A stretch of DNA of 60,974 bases from a virus. Its lineage: Duplodnaviria; Caudoviricetes. Shown here in pieces: positions 49,411 through 59,900 of the stretch. The position numbers were made by a program, and so were the translations under genes. The notes under the pieces were generated by a model. It was given only the letters and a program-made list of their open reading frames with translations. It was not told where the DNA came from and did no database searches. Numbering within the stretch: the stretch's first letter is position 1; every line of letters begins with the position of its first letter. Location: positions 1 to 60,974 of the IMG/VR virus record IMGVR_UViG_3300042922_000258; one strand, written 5' to 3'.

Positions 49411-50853
49411 ATGTTATATTCCAAAAATCGAAAGTCTTTTATTGACATATGTCAAGGAAGTTTCGGGAGAAAAATCATATATAGTTCCGCTAAAGAAATT
49501 ACAGAGGCCAATATTGAAATGGAACTCGGCAAAGCACTCTCTATTCATTGGCAAAACCGAGAAGAGATTGATTACCTCGATAGGTATTATCGTGGAGATC
49601 AGCCAATCCTATACAAAGAAAAAAGAGTTAGGCCTGAGATTAACAACAAAATAGTTGAAAATCACGCTCTTGAAATAGTAAGATTTATGGCATCTCAAAA
49701 TTTTGGCGAACCAATTCAATATGTTAGCCGTGAAAAAGACAAGTCTGTTTCTGACATGATAGATAAGCTTAACAAATATATGCTTTATCGCGATAAATCA
49801 TTTCATGATGTACAAATTGGTGAATGGCAAAGCATATGCGGAACCGCTTATCGTTTTACATGGAATGACGCAAACGCAGATACGAAAATGGGCGAACCGC
49901 CCTTTGATTTCGAAATACCGGATCCAAAGTTTTGTTTTGTGGTTTACTCAACCGAAAAAGGCAAACCGAAATTATTTTCCGTTCAGCAAATCAAAGATGA
50001 GGACAATAAAGATAAATATTGCATCTACACTAAAAATAGATACTTTGAAATACAGAATAGTAAAATCATTGATAATCAATCCCATGCACTAGGCTATATC
50101 CCGATAACTGAGTATCCCAATAACTCCAGACGAATCAGCGACCTTGAAATTGTCATCGCGATGTTGGATGCCATTAATAACATGCAGTCAAATCGAATGA
50201 ATGGTATTGAGCAGTTTATACAAGCTTTCATGAAATTTGTAAATTGTGAGATTGATGAAACACAATTCAAGGCAATGGCTGAACTTGGAGCCTTTCTAAT
50301 CAAAGGCGGTCAACCCGGTGTTCAATCCGATGTTGATTTAGTCGCTAAGGAGTTGGATCAGCAACAGTCTCAGATTTCAAAAGATGATTTATATAAGAAT
50401 ATGCTTATTATTGAAGGAATGCCGGACCGTCAGCAGAATACCGGAGGCGATACCGGTCAAGCGGTATATCTTAGAAATGGTTGGGATTTTGCTGAGCAAA
50501 GAGCAAAACTTGACGAGCCCGTAATTGCGAGGTCGGAAAAAGACTTTCTTAAGTTAATTTTACATATTGTAAATACGAAACAATCCAAAACTGGAATTAA
50601 CCTAAAATTAAGTGACATCGACATAAAGATAACTAGAAATAAGACTGACAATATGATTGTAAAAACGCAAGGACTCACGAACCAATTGACGGCAGGTATT
50701 CATCCAAAAATTGCAATTGAAACTTGCGGATTATATCCAGATCCAGAAAAGGTTTATTTACAATCCAAAGACTATCTGGATGCAAAATACTTGACAAAAG
50801 CGGAAATGGATAAACAAGTTGAGCAAGCCGTTCCGCCAAAGGGCGGTGATTAA
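49411..50853 (+). CDS. Portal protein, SPP1 type
   Basis: YLDRYYRG.Q.I, NNKIV.N, IPITEYPNN, SDLE.VI..DA.N. Confidence 0.92.
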   Translation: MLYSKNRKSFIDICQGSFGRKIIYSSAKEITEANIEMELGKALSIHWQNREEIDYLDRYYRGDQPILYKEKRVRPEINNKIVENHALEIVRFMASQNFGEPIQYVSREKDKSVSDMIDKLNKYMLYRDKSFHDVQIGEWQSICGTAYRFTWNDANADTKMGEPPFDFEIPDPKFCFVVYSTEKGKPKLFSVQQIKDEDNKDKYCIYTKNRYFEIQNSKIIDNQSHALGYIPITEYPNNSRRISDLEIVIAMLDAINNMQSNRMNGIEQFIQAFMKFVNCEIDETQFKAMAELGAFLIKGGQPGVQSDVDLVAKELDQQQSQISKDDLYKNMLIIEGMPDRQQNTGGDTGQAVYLRNGWDFAEQRAKLDEPVIARSEKDFLKLILHIVNTKQSKTGINLKLSDIDIKITRNKTDNMIVKTQGLTNQLTAGIHPKIAIETCGLYPDPEKVYLQSKDYLDAKYLTKAEMDKQVEQAVPPKGGD

Positions 50854-50855
50854 CC

Positions 50856-51050
50856 TTGAATGAGTTTTATGATTTCCACTGTCAGAAGTGCGGGAAATTG
50901 TTGTGTAAGATTAAGGGAGATGCTGAGATTATTTGTCCGTGTTGTGGAGGGATTAATCTCCTCTGCTATCACACAAAAGAAATAAAATATACATCACGGT
51001 TACGAAAAATTAAAGAAAGACAATCGAGCAGCGGAAAATCATTCAATTGA
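50856..51050 (+). CDS. Mu Com-like zinc-finger protein
   Basis: FHCQKCGKLLCK...EIICPCCGGIN. Confidence 0.7.
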   Translation: MNEFYDFHCQKCGKLLCKIKGDAEIICPCCGGINLLCYHTKEIKYTSRLRKIKERQSSSGKSFN

Positions 51051-51154
51051 TTGACCACTGTTTTATTATTTTTAAATTTGCAACTATGCGTGAAATAGTT
51101 AAGCCGATGTTGAGCGACCAACGTTAAAAAGTGAGGGCAAGAAAGGATTTAATT

Positions 51155-51748
51155 ATGAGCAGAACTGAAGCTAAACAGCTTTTAATAACATTTGGAATTG
51201 AAACTCCAACCGAAGAGCAGATAACAAATTATCTTAATTCCGTGAACGGTGAAGTACAAAAAGAAAAAGTTAAAGCAGATACGCAAAAAGCAGAACTCGA
51301 CCGATTGAAAAAAGTCGAAGAGGAACTCGAAGCGGAGAAAAACAAAAACCTTACTGCGGAAGAAAAAGTTCAAAAAGCTTTGGCTGATGCAGAAAAGGCA
51401 AAAGCCGATTATGCAAAAAACTCCAATAAATTATCGGTTGAAAAAATCCTTATTGGTGCCGGACTTGCAGAGGAAGATTACAAAGAATTCATTGACGGCA
51501 TTGTAAGTGACAACGCCGAGTTATCAACAAAGTTAGCAACCAGTCTTGCTGCGACAATGACCAAACAGAAGGACACTGCAATCCAAAAGACAAAAGAAGA
51601 ATTACTCGATAAGACGCCTACTCCCGGCGGTGGAAGGGGAGCCGACGGAAAAGAAAAAACCGAAGCCGAAAAAATCGCAGAGGGAATCGCAAAAGCCACC
51701 GTTGACAATCAAAAAGCAACTAATGACGTTTTAGCAAATTATCTATAG
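51155..51748 (+). CDS. Capsid scaffolding protein
   Basis: Charged coiled coil, TPTPGGG, upstream of the capsid genes. Confidence 0.8.
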   Translation: MSRTEAKQLLITFGIETPTEEQITNYLNSVNGEVQKEKVKADTQKAELDRLKKVEEELEAEKNKNLTAEEKVQKALADAEKAKADYAKNSNKLSVEKILIGAGLAEEDYKEFIDGIVSDNAELSTKLATSLAATMTKQKDTAIQKTKEELLDKTPTPGGGRGADGKEKTEAEKIAEGIAKATVDNQKATNDVLANYL

Positions 51749-51761
51749 GAGGTAAGCAATT

Positions 51762-52100
51762 ATGAATTTTAGTTCAAAAGTAGTTACAACTCAAAAAGAA
51801 ATTTTCAAGAGAAAAACAGAAGGTGATTGGACGAAAGAAATCACGCTAGATTTTACTGCGGTTGTCGCCAATGCTGATGGTCAGTATATCGTTAAGGCCG
51901 GCTCACCAATCAACGCAGTTGGAGTTGTCGACAATGCAACAGCACCGGTCGGAATTTTACTTTCTGACGTTTATAAAGATAGACCAGTTGGCACTATCGT
52001 TACTCACGGAATTGTAAATCTTGCGAATTGCAATAGTAACAGCGGTTTAACGATTGCGGCTGCAGTCAAAACAGCATTACCGCTGATCTCATTTGAATAA
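51762..52100 (+). CDS. Head decoration protein
   Basis: IVKAGSPI...GILLSDV; between scaffold and capsid. Confidence 0.75.
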   Translation: MNFSSKVVTTQKEIFKRKTEGDWTKEITLDFTAVVANADGQYIVKAGSPINAVGVVDNATAPVGILLSDVYKDRPVGTIVTHGIVNLANCNSNSGLTIAAAVKTALPLISFE

Positions 52101-52128
52101 CCAATAAACTAAACGGAGGTAGTAAATT

Positions 52129-53199
52129 ATGAATATAAGAGAAATTTTTAGCGCGAGAGCAATCGCTATCAATAGAACCACTGTAGCAAGTAATAAGATC
52201 AAGTATCTTGGTTCTGGCTTTTTCACACCGAAAAAGAAACAGGGATTAGATTTAAAATGGATCAAGACGTCTAAAGGTCTTCCGGTCTCCTTGGCTCCTT
52301 CCAATTTTGATGCGAAGTCAACCATTCGTTCAAGAGAAGGTTTTACAATCGACAATACGGAAATGGCTTTCTTCCGTGAGTCTATGCTTGTAAAAGAACA
52401 AGACGAAATCGATATTGCAAGAGTACAGGAAGCGTCCGACCCTTATGCAACAGACGTGTTAAATCACATCTACGATGATGCAAACACCCTTGTTGACGCA
52501 GCCAATGTTGTTCCCGAAAGAATGATTATGCAGTTGTTAACTCCGGCGGACGGAAGCCCTAAGATTTCCATCCAAGCAAACGGCGTTACATATGCTTACA
52601 ATTATGACCCATTGGGAACCTACGTAGCAAACAACTACTTAGCATTATCCGCATCTACTGATAAGTGGAGCGATACTGTTGCTTCCGATCCTATGGATGA
52701 TGTCAGAACTGCACAGGATTCGGTTGAGTCCAAGACAGGCACAAGACCTGACATCATGATTGTTTCTCGTCAGACCATGAGTTATCTGGTTGCAAATGCG
52801 AAAGTTCGTTCTGCTCTCTTAGCACAGAATACAACCGCAGTATTGTTCGTTACAGATGAACTTGTAAAGAACATCTTTAAAACCCTATTAGGTGTAAGCA
52901 TTGTTGTTTATTCCAAACAGTACAAGAATGAAGCCGGGACAACGACTAAATTCTTCGCTGATGGTTTCGCAACATTAGTTCCAAGTGGCGCACCCTTAGG
53001 TAATACATGGTATGGCACTACTCCCGAGGAAAGAACTCTTATGGGTTCTGGTGAAGCCGATGTTGCAATTGTTGACACTGGTGTTGCCGTAACAGTAACG
53101 ACCACTACCGACCCCGTAAACACTAAGACAACCGTTTCTGAAATCGTTCTTCCGTCCTTTGAGAGAATGGATGAAACCTTTGTTATCAAGTGCTACTAG
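52129..53199 (+). CDS. Major capsid protein (lambda E-like)
   Basis: 356 aa; FFRESM, ERMIMQLL, GNTWYGTTPEE, SEIVLPSFE. Confidence 0.9.
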   Translation: MNIREIFSARAIAINRTTVASNKIKYLGSGFFTPKKKQGLDLKWIKTSKGLPVSLAPSNFDAKSTIRSREGFTIDNTEMAFFRESMLVKEQDEIDIARVQEASDPYATDVLNHIYDDANTLVDAANVVPERMIMQLLTPADGSPKISIQANGVTYAYNYDPLGTYVANNYLALSASTDKWSDTVASDPMDDVRTAQDSVESKTGTRPDIMIVSRQTMSYLVANAKVRSALLAQNTTAVLFVTDELVKNIFKTLLGVSIVVYSKQYKNEAGTTTKFFADGFATLVPSGAPLGNTWYGTTPEERTLMGSGEADVAIVDTGVAVTVTTTTDPVNTKTTVSEIVLPSFERMDETFVIKCY

Positions 53200-53209
53200 G
53201 AGATAAATT

Positions 53210-53377
53210 ATGAAGTACAACTACATGACTAAACATAACGGAGTTTACTATCCATCCGGCACTGATGTGCCGGAGGATGTTTATTGTGAGATAAAAGATG
53301 TCAGTAAGCCTATTAATGTTGGCACGGCAGAACCTGTTAAATCGGCTCCAAAATCAACCTCAACCAAACGAAAGTAG
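53210..53377 (+). CDS. Small head-associated protein (55 aa; not in the ORF track)
   Basis: RBS aggag; MKYNYMTKHNGVYYPSG. Confidence 0.55.
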   Translation: MKYNYMTKHNGVYYPSGTDVPEDVYCEIKDVSKPINVGTAEPVKSAPKSTSTKRK

Positions 53378-53388
53378 GTGTTTAAGGG

Positions 53389-53712
53389 ATGGCAACGAAC
53401 TTGGAAAATCTAAAAACTTATTTAAGTATATCAGATGCGAGCGAGGACGGGTTGTTATCCCTTTTACTTAATTCTGCTGATAAAAAAATACTTAACAAAA
53501 GATATCCATTTGGATATACCGATGAAGAGGCTGTCATCGCCCTAGAGAAGTACTCAGATATCGAATTAGATATTGCAGTATACCTTTATAATCGTAAAGG
53601 TTCTGAGGGGCAAACAGGGCACTCAGAGATTGGCATTGGTCGGTCGTATGAGTCAGCCGGAATTCCTGATAGTTACGTTCGGGATATTGTTCCGATATGT
53701 AAAGTGTTTTAG
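53389..53712 (+). CDS. Head-tail connector (gp6/gp15-like)
   Basis: LKTYLSI....D.LL..LL, YNRKGSEGQTGHSE.G..RSY. Confidence 0.85.
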   Translation: MATNLENLKTYLSISDASEDGLLSLLLNSADKKILNKRYPFGYTDEEAVIALEKYSDIELDIAVYLYNRKGSEGQTGHSEIGIGRSYESAGIPDSYVRDIVPICKVF

Positions 53713-53847
53713 CTGATTATCAAGAGGTAAAACAGTTTCTTTAATCGTGCAAGCGGTTAATGTAATTCAGTCTATCTACCATGTGTAGAATAGAAATCTG
53801 GTTTTCGCATAGCGATTGCCGGTTTTGTTATTAAAGGCGGTGATATC

Positions 53848-54222
53848 ATGCGTTCGTTAGATATTAATAAACAAACAATTTATTATGCTCTCTATGGTGC
53901 CAAGGTTCCAATCCTAGACGATGAAGGGTGGGAAACCGGAGAATTTACCATTGGGTATGGAAATCCCGTTAAATTCAAAATTAGAGTGTCCCCGTGTAGA
54001 GGTGAAGCGACCGACCAAGTCTTTGGGAGGTCTCTTGATTATGATAGGACGCTGTCAACCTCGGATAAGAAGTTTCCAATTGACGAATATTCAATGTTAT
54101 TCATTGACCGCAGTCCTGTTCTTAAAACTGATGGAACCACCGACACAAAACCAGATTATAAGGTTGTGGGAGTTTCTAAGGATTTGAATGAATGGATGTT
54201 TGCGATTAAGAAGGTGAGTTAA
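53848..54222 (+). CDS. Head closure/stopper protein
   Basis: Position, and DDEGWETGE...YGNP motif. Confidence 0.7.
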   Translation: MRSLDINKQTIYYALYGAKVPILDDEGWETGEFTIGYGNPVKFKIRVSPCRGEATDQVFGRSLDYDRTLSTSDKKFPIDEYSMLFIDRSPVLKTDGTTDTKPDYKVVGVSKDLNEWMFAIKKVS

Positions 54223-54238
54223 GATGGGCGGTGATTAA

Positions 54239-54535
54239 ATGGGATTATCAAGATTATCTGAAAAATGTCAAAATTGTAAACAGAAAGATACATGTAATAA
54301 TAAACGCATGGAGGCATGTGCCTATATTGATAATCAATATGCTACGGGCGGTTTAGTGTCTGGCGCACAATTGATGGCGTGTGGCAATGCAGAACCTTGT
54401 TTAATCGGTAGTTTTAGTAATAGCGGATTATCCATGTTACTAAATACCGAACCCATGTTAGATGCACTTGCAAAAGCCGTCAGAAAATCACTTGAATGCG
54501 CTTTTAATCGTTCCGGGGTGAATATTAATGTCTAA
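54239..54535 (+). CDS. Cys-rich protein inserted in the neck module, paralog of 11057..11305
   Basis: LSEKCQNCKQKDTCNNKRMEACAYI. Confidence 0.6.
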   Translation: MGLSRLSEKCQNCKQKDTCNNKRMEACAYIDNQYATGGLVSGAQLMACGNAEPCLIGSFSNSGLSMLLNTEPMLDALAKAVRKSLECAFNRSGVNINV

Positions 54536-55031
54536 AAAAATCACTTTTGGCTTATCTGTTCAAGAAGTAAACAAGGCAATTTCCGAACTCCGAAAATATC
54601 AATCAGATATCGATTATAAATGTAGACTACTCGCTCAGCGATTAGCCGAGGAAGGTGTATTTATTGCTCGCCTGAAAATCGCTGAATACGATGCAATCTA
54701 CACCACGGAATTACTCCAAAGCATAAAATCCGAATACGGTGGAGTTATTCAGCATGGTGGTAAATGGATTGTTTATACAGGGTGTGACTATGCGCCTTAT
54801 ATCGAGTTTGGAACTGGTTTAATTGGAAGTCAATCACCTCACCCAGATACTTCGTTGGTTAATTGGAAATATGACGTTAACGAACATGGAGAAAAAGGTT
54901 GGATGTATTTCAATGATACCGATGGTCAGTGGCATTGGACGCAAGGAATGCAATCTAGGCCGTTTATGTATGAAACAGGCAAGGAATTGCGGTTGATTGT
55001 CAAGAAGATTGCGAAGGAGATATTTGGATGA
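54528..55031 (+). CDS. HK97 gp10-like tail completion protein
   Basis: YAPYIEFGTG, T.GM.SRPFM. Confidence 0.85.
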   Translation: MSKKITFGLSVQEVNKAISELRKYQSDIDYKCRLLAQRLAEEGVFIARLKIAEYDAIYTTELLQSIKSEYGGVIQHGGKWIVYTGCDYAPYIEFGTGLIGSQSPHPDTSLVNWKYDVNEHGEKGWMYFNDTDGQWHWTQGMQSRPFMYETGKELRLIVKKIAKEIFG

Positions 55032-55208
55032 TGGATGAAAAAATAGTAAAAATTAAAGAATGGTTGTTGGACCAAGAAAAGATGGGTAATTTTAAAAGCA
55101 TCGAAACTAATGATTATATGCTTGGTTTGTATAATGGCGTAGAGTTGTCTCTTGCCGTTTTGGAAGATAGACAACCAAAATTCAAGCATAAGTAGGCGGT
55201 GAATAATC

Positions 55209-55595
55209 ATGATTGATAAATCAAATATGTTCTATACGCTAGTAAAAAACGCAATCGGCACAACGTTCCTAAAAGATGCAAGCCAAACTTATCAATCGAC
55301 CCCTCCCGCTTTTCCGTCTATGTTTTTTAATCAAATCGACAACTCTTCCACTGCTGACGATCTCGACAACACTGAGAATGCCGTCAATACAACAATTGAA
55401 ATTACAATCTATACCAATGACACCGCCAAACTAACAACCGCTAAGAAAATTCATGCACTTGCCGATATACAAATGCGGTCAATGGGATTTAGACGAACAT
55501 TCGGGCCCCAACAAATCACCAATATAACAGATACATCTATCTGCCGAGTAATCGCAAGATACACAAGGATTATAGGCAGTGGAGATAATTTTTAA
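55209..55595 (+). CDS. Tail terminator protein
   Basis: FP...F, EI.IY, M..MGFRR, R.IARY; position. Confidence 0.75.
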   Translation: MIDKSNMFYTLVKNAIGTTFLKDASQTYQSTPPAFPSMFFNQIDNSSTADDLDNTENAVNTTIEITIYTNDTAKLTTAKKIHALADIQMRSMGFRRTFGPQQITNITDTSICRVIARYTRIIGSGDNF

Positions 55596-55699
55596 TACGG
55601 ATGCAAACGAATGCCTTGACAGCATTCTTTTTTATTTCAACCACTAACCAAGCACTCATAGTAGTGCTTATTTTTATGCAATTTGAAAGGAGCAACATT

Positions 55700-56119
55700 A
55701 TGCAAGCAATTTCAAGCTATAACGCGAAACTTATGCACGATACAGGAGTTCCAGCAACCCCAACATGGGTACAGCTACTTCCAGTTAAAACTACCCCTCA
55801 AATCGGTGGCGCACGTGAAGTTCTTCCGACCACAACGCTTGATGATGATATGGATACTGGCATTAATGGTATTCAAGCATCGGAACCCATGAACTTTGTA
55901 GCTAATTACGACGACACAAAATATGACGAATTAAAGTTGCTTGAAAACAAAACCGAGAAGTATGCGGTTTGGTTCGGCAATGATGGACTTGGCACCGCCG
56001 GAAAGTATAAATTCGATGGTCAGCTTTCTGTATTTATCAATGAAACCGCAGTTAATGGTGTTGTAGAAATGACAGTTAACATTGTTCCGTCGACACCCGT
56101 TGTAAAAGACGTAGCTTAA
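55700..56119 (+). CDS. Major tail (tube) protein
   Basis: P.IGG.RE...TTLDD, F.ANY, F.G.LSV; RBS gaaaggag. Confidence 0.85.
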   Translation: MQAISSYNAKLMHDTGVPATPTWVQLLPVKTTPQIGGAREVLPTTTLDDDMDTGINGIQASEPMNFVANYDDTKYDELKLLENKTEKYAVWFGNDGLGTAGKYKFDGQLSVFINETAVNGVVEMTVNIVPSTPVVKDVA

Positions 56120-56139
56120 TTTAGAGGAGGAAAACAAGA

Positions 56140-56858
56140 ATGAGTGTAGTTAAAATTAACAATAAACCATACGATGTTCCCGAATTAACATTTGCACATT
56201 CCAAAATATTAGAGCAATGTGGTGTTCCGCTAAGACGATTAATCGACCCTGATTTAATGTTTACGATTGTTAGTGCTTTTGTAACCGTAGTAACCGGTGC
56301 TGAGCCGGCAATGGCTGATTATCTCATGGAACAACATATTCTTGGCGGTGGAAAGATTGAGGATATATACGGCGCTTACGTAACCGCTATAACTGAAAGC
56401 CATTTTTTCAAGAAACTCCTGGAGAGCCAGGAGGAGAAGAGGAAGGCAAAGACAACGGTCAAAGCAATCAAGGAAGCGACTCCGACCGAATAGAACCACC
56501 AAATACATTCACGGATGCCATAGACCGAATATGGCTTCCGGCTGCATTTAGGTACGGAATACCTCTTAGGGAATTTCTGAATAGTTACAATCCGAAGTAT
56601 ATGGAGATTAAACAAAAAGAATATCTTAAAAGTATTGAAGCTGATTACGAAAAAATCAATTATACCGCATGGACAAATGGGCAATATATAATTTCCGCTA
56701 TTCAAAAGGCCTTAGACCCCAAAAAAGCAAAATACCCCGACAAGCCATTTGGTAAAGAAGATGAAAATACAGTTCAACAAAATCCAGAAATTCAAGCTAG
56801 AAAATTCGAGGATTGGGCAAATGTTTTTAATAAGAAATTTCAACAAACAACAGGATAG
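56140..56858 (+). CDS. Tail assembly chaperones G (56140-56493) and GT via a -1 frameshift
   Basis: Slippery T TTT TTC at 56403-56409; hairpin ctcctgg-agag-ccaggag at 56416-56433; the -1 frame is open into ORF 56601..56858. Confidence 0.85.
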
Positions 56859-56916
56859 GCACTCTGCATAAGGGTGTCTATTTTTTTGATTATTCGGCAA
56901 AAGGTAGGTGTGAGTT

Positions 56917-59900
56917 ATGGCAGATAATACGATGGATAGGCTCGAAATTGAAGTCCAAGCACAAGCATCAAAAGCAAACGCCGAATTAGAGAAATTAGTT
57001 GGCAAGCTCGAAAGAGTATCAGGGTCTTTATCAAAAATTAATGCGTCCGGATTGCAAGGGTTAGCTAATGGCGTCCAGAAATTATCCATATCAATGCAAG
57101 GTATGAGCAATGTCAAAACCGCAGACTTTTCAAGGCTCGCTAAGAATATTGAAAAACTCGGAAGCATCGACCAAGCCAAAATCAACGGAACAGCCTCGGC
57201 ACTCAGAACAATATCCTCTGTATTGACAGCAAGCACTGGATTTACAAGCGGCGCAACACAAATAACTGAGTTGGCCAACAGTATTTCAAGGCTAGGTTAT
57301 AAATCTGCTTCTACGGCTATCACCAATATCCCATTGATGGCGAATGCTCTTCGTGGACTCATGCAAACCCTCGCGACTTCTCCAAACGTATCAAAGAACT
57401 TAATTGATATGACAAATGCCTTGGCTAATTTATCAAATCAAGGTTCAAAGGTGCGAAGCGCAACCAATAGCATTAATGGGTCACTAAAAAAATATTCTTC
57501 ATCCGCCAAGCAAGCCTCTGCCAACACAAGAAACTTTTCATTATCTCTTGCCGGGTTGTACGCAAAGTTATGGTTAGTAAGGCGCGCGATAGGTTTATTG
57601 TCGGGCTCGATTAAAAAGTCTATGGACTTTGGCGAAACAATCAACTTATTTCAGACGTCTTTCAAGAAAATCGGCGTAGATACAGCTACCGACCTTGGAA
57701 TGGAAATGGGTTCGGCGGCCTCAGAAGAATTTGCAAAGGGATTTATAGATAGAGCCAAAGCCTTTAATGAGAAGATTACCGATGCTCTTAGCCTTGATCC
57801 GGAAATGATGATGAAATATCAAGCGGTGTTTGCTCAAATGTCAAATTCGATGGGATTGACAGCGGAATCCGCCATGAATGTTTCGGAGTCACTTACTTTA
57901 CTTGGAAACGACATTGCATCATTGTGGAATATTGACACGGCGGATGCAATGACTAAGCTGCAAAGCGGTCTAGCCGGACAAATACGACCATTGCGTGAAT
58001 TAGGTGTTGATATCTCCAAGACTTCACTTGAAATGTATGCTTTAAAATACGGAATAAAAGATTCCGTTGAGAACATGAGTCAGGCAGCCAAGGTTCAATT
58101 AAGATGGTTGGCTATCATGGAACAGACCGAGGTTGCGTTCGGGGACATGGCAAAAACAATCGACTCTCCGGCAAACCAATTAAGGATCCTTTCTCAACAA
58201 TGGACTAATCTAACTCGTTCAATCGGTAATGTATTTCTACCTATCGTTACAACTGTTCTTCCATACATAAACGCCTTGGTTATTGCGCTCCGCAGAATGG
58301 TGGATACTCTCGCCACTGCGATGGGTTTTGAACTCCCTGATTATACCGACACAAATATTTACACCGATGTTACTGGTGATATTGAGGGTATTGGTGATGG
58401 TGCAGATGAAACCAAGGACTCCGTTGACAGCTTAAAGAAATCTCTTATGAGTTTTGACAGTCTAAATATTCTATCTAAGGGAAAAACCAAAGGCATCGGC
58501 CTTGATGTCGGGTCTGGATATGGAGAATTAGACGATGCTATCAATGAGAAAACCGCTTCCTATATGGCAAAGTTCAATGAAGAGTTGGAAAAAATGAGCA
58601 ATAAAGCGGATACTCTCGCTGACGGCATTGAGAGATTTTTTAGCTTAGTTGGAGATAAAGTTCGCCCAACAACTGAAGCATTCAAAACGCTATGGAATGA
58701 AGGCTTGTCAAAGCTAGGCGGTTTTGTTGGTGATAACCTAGTTAGCTTTTACAAGAACTTCCTATCTCCGGTCGGCACATGGACGCTGGGAGTAGGATTA
58801 CCGAGCCTATTTGAAACAGCCAACAACCTTTTGAACGATATAGATTGGAAAACACTTAATCAATCATTTACAAATTTATATAAAGCACTTTCGCCTTTTG
58901 CGATTTCAATTGGGACTGGACTAATTAATTTTGTAGATGGGTTGGTTGATATTTTAACCCCAGCGGTAAAACTTACCGTTGATGGTTTTTCTAAGGCGCT
59001 GAACGGACTTGCGACAATTATCTCATTGATACCGGAAAGCACGGCCATTGCAATTGGTGGTGCCATCGGAGGAATCGCTACAGCATTCTTGATTTTTGCA
59101 GGAGCTGATTTAGTAGCTGGAATCATCCTAAAGATTAGCGGTGCTATAAAAACCATGTTAGCAACTCTTACGGCACATCCACTGCTATTATTAGCCGGAG
59201 GTTTAGCGGCTATCGCCGGAGCAGCCATTGCATTAGAAAAAGCCAGATTTGATGCTTCAAGTGTTGGTAAATACGTTGACAAAGTTGACTCACTTGTTGA
59301 GGCTTCCAAGGACTTAAACGACGAAATCGCAACATTGCTTAAAAACCAGAAAGAACGGACTACCGGAATTGAAAATGAGTACGGTGCGATTAAAATTCTA
59401 GCTGATAAATATTTTGATTTGGCAGACCAGACAAGCCTAACCAACGACGAACAACTCCTAATGAAGGCGTACGCCGATGAATTAATCGGTGCCGTTCCAG
59501 AATTATCAAGTTTAATCGACGAGCAAACAGGCGCATATAAGGGAACCAAGGATGAAATCGAAGCCTTAATCACAAAAACAAAAGAATACTATTTAGTTCA
59601 AGCGGCGCAAGAAAGCTTAATAGAAATTGCAAAAGCTCAGTATAAAGCAGAAAAGGATTTAAAAGACCTCGAAGAGGAGCGCAAGACTGCGGTTGAATTA
59701 CTTGCGGACAAACAAGCAGAATACAACGACACTATTGGCGTCGGAAACACTAATCTTCATACTGCAAGCGAAGAGCAAAAAGAAGCGGCTAAAAAATCCA
59801 ACGAATTAAGGACTGAAATATCCGCTCTTGAAGGTACAGTTGATAGCCTTGATACTCAAATAAATACAACAACCGGTTCTCAACAAGATTTAAATAATGA

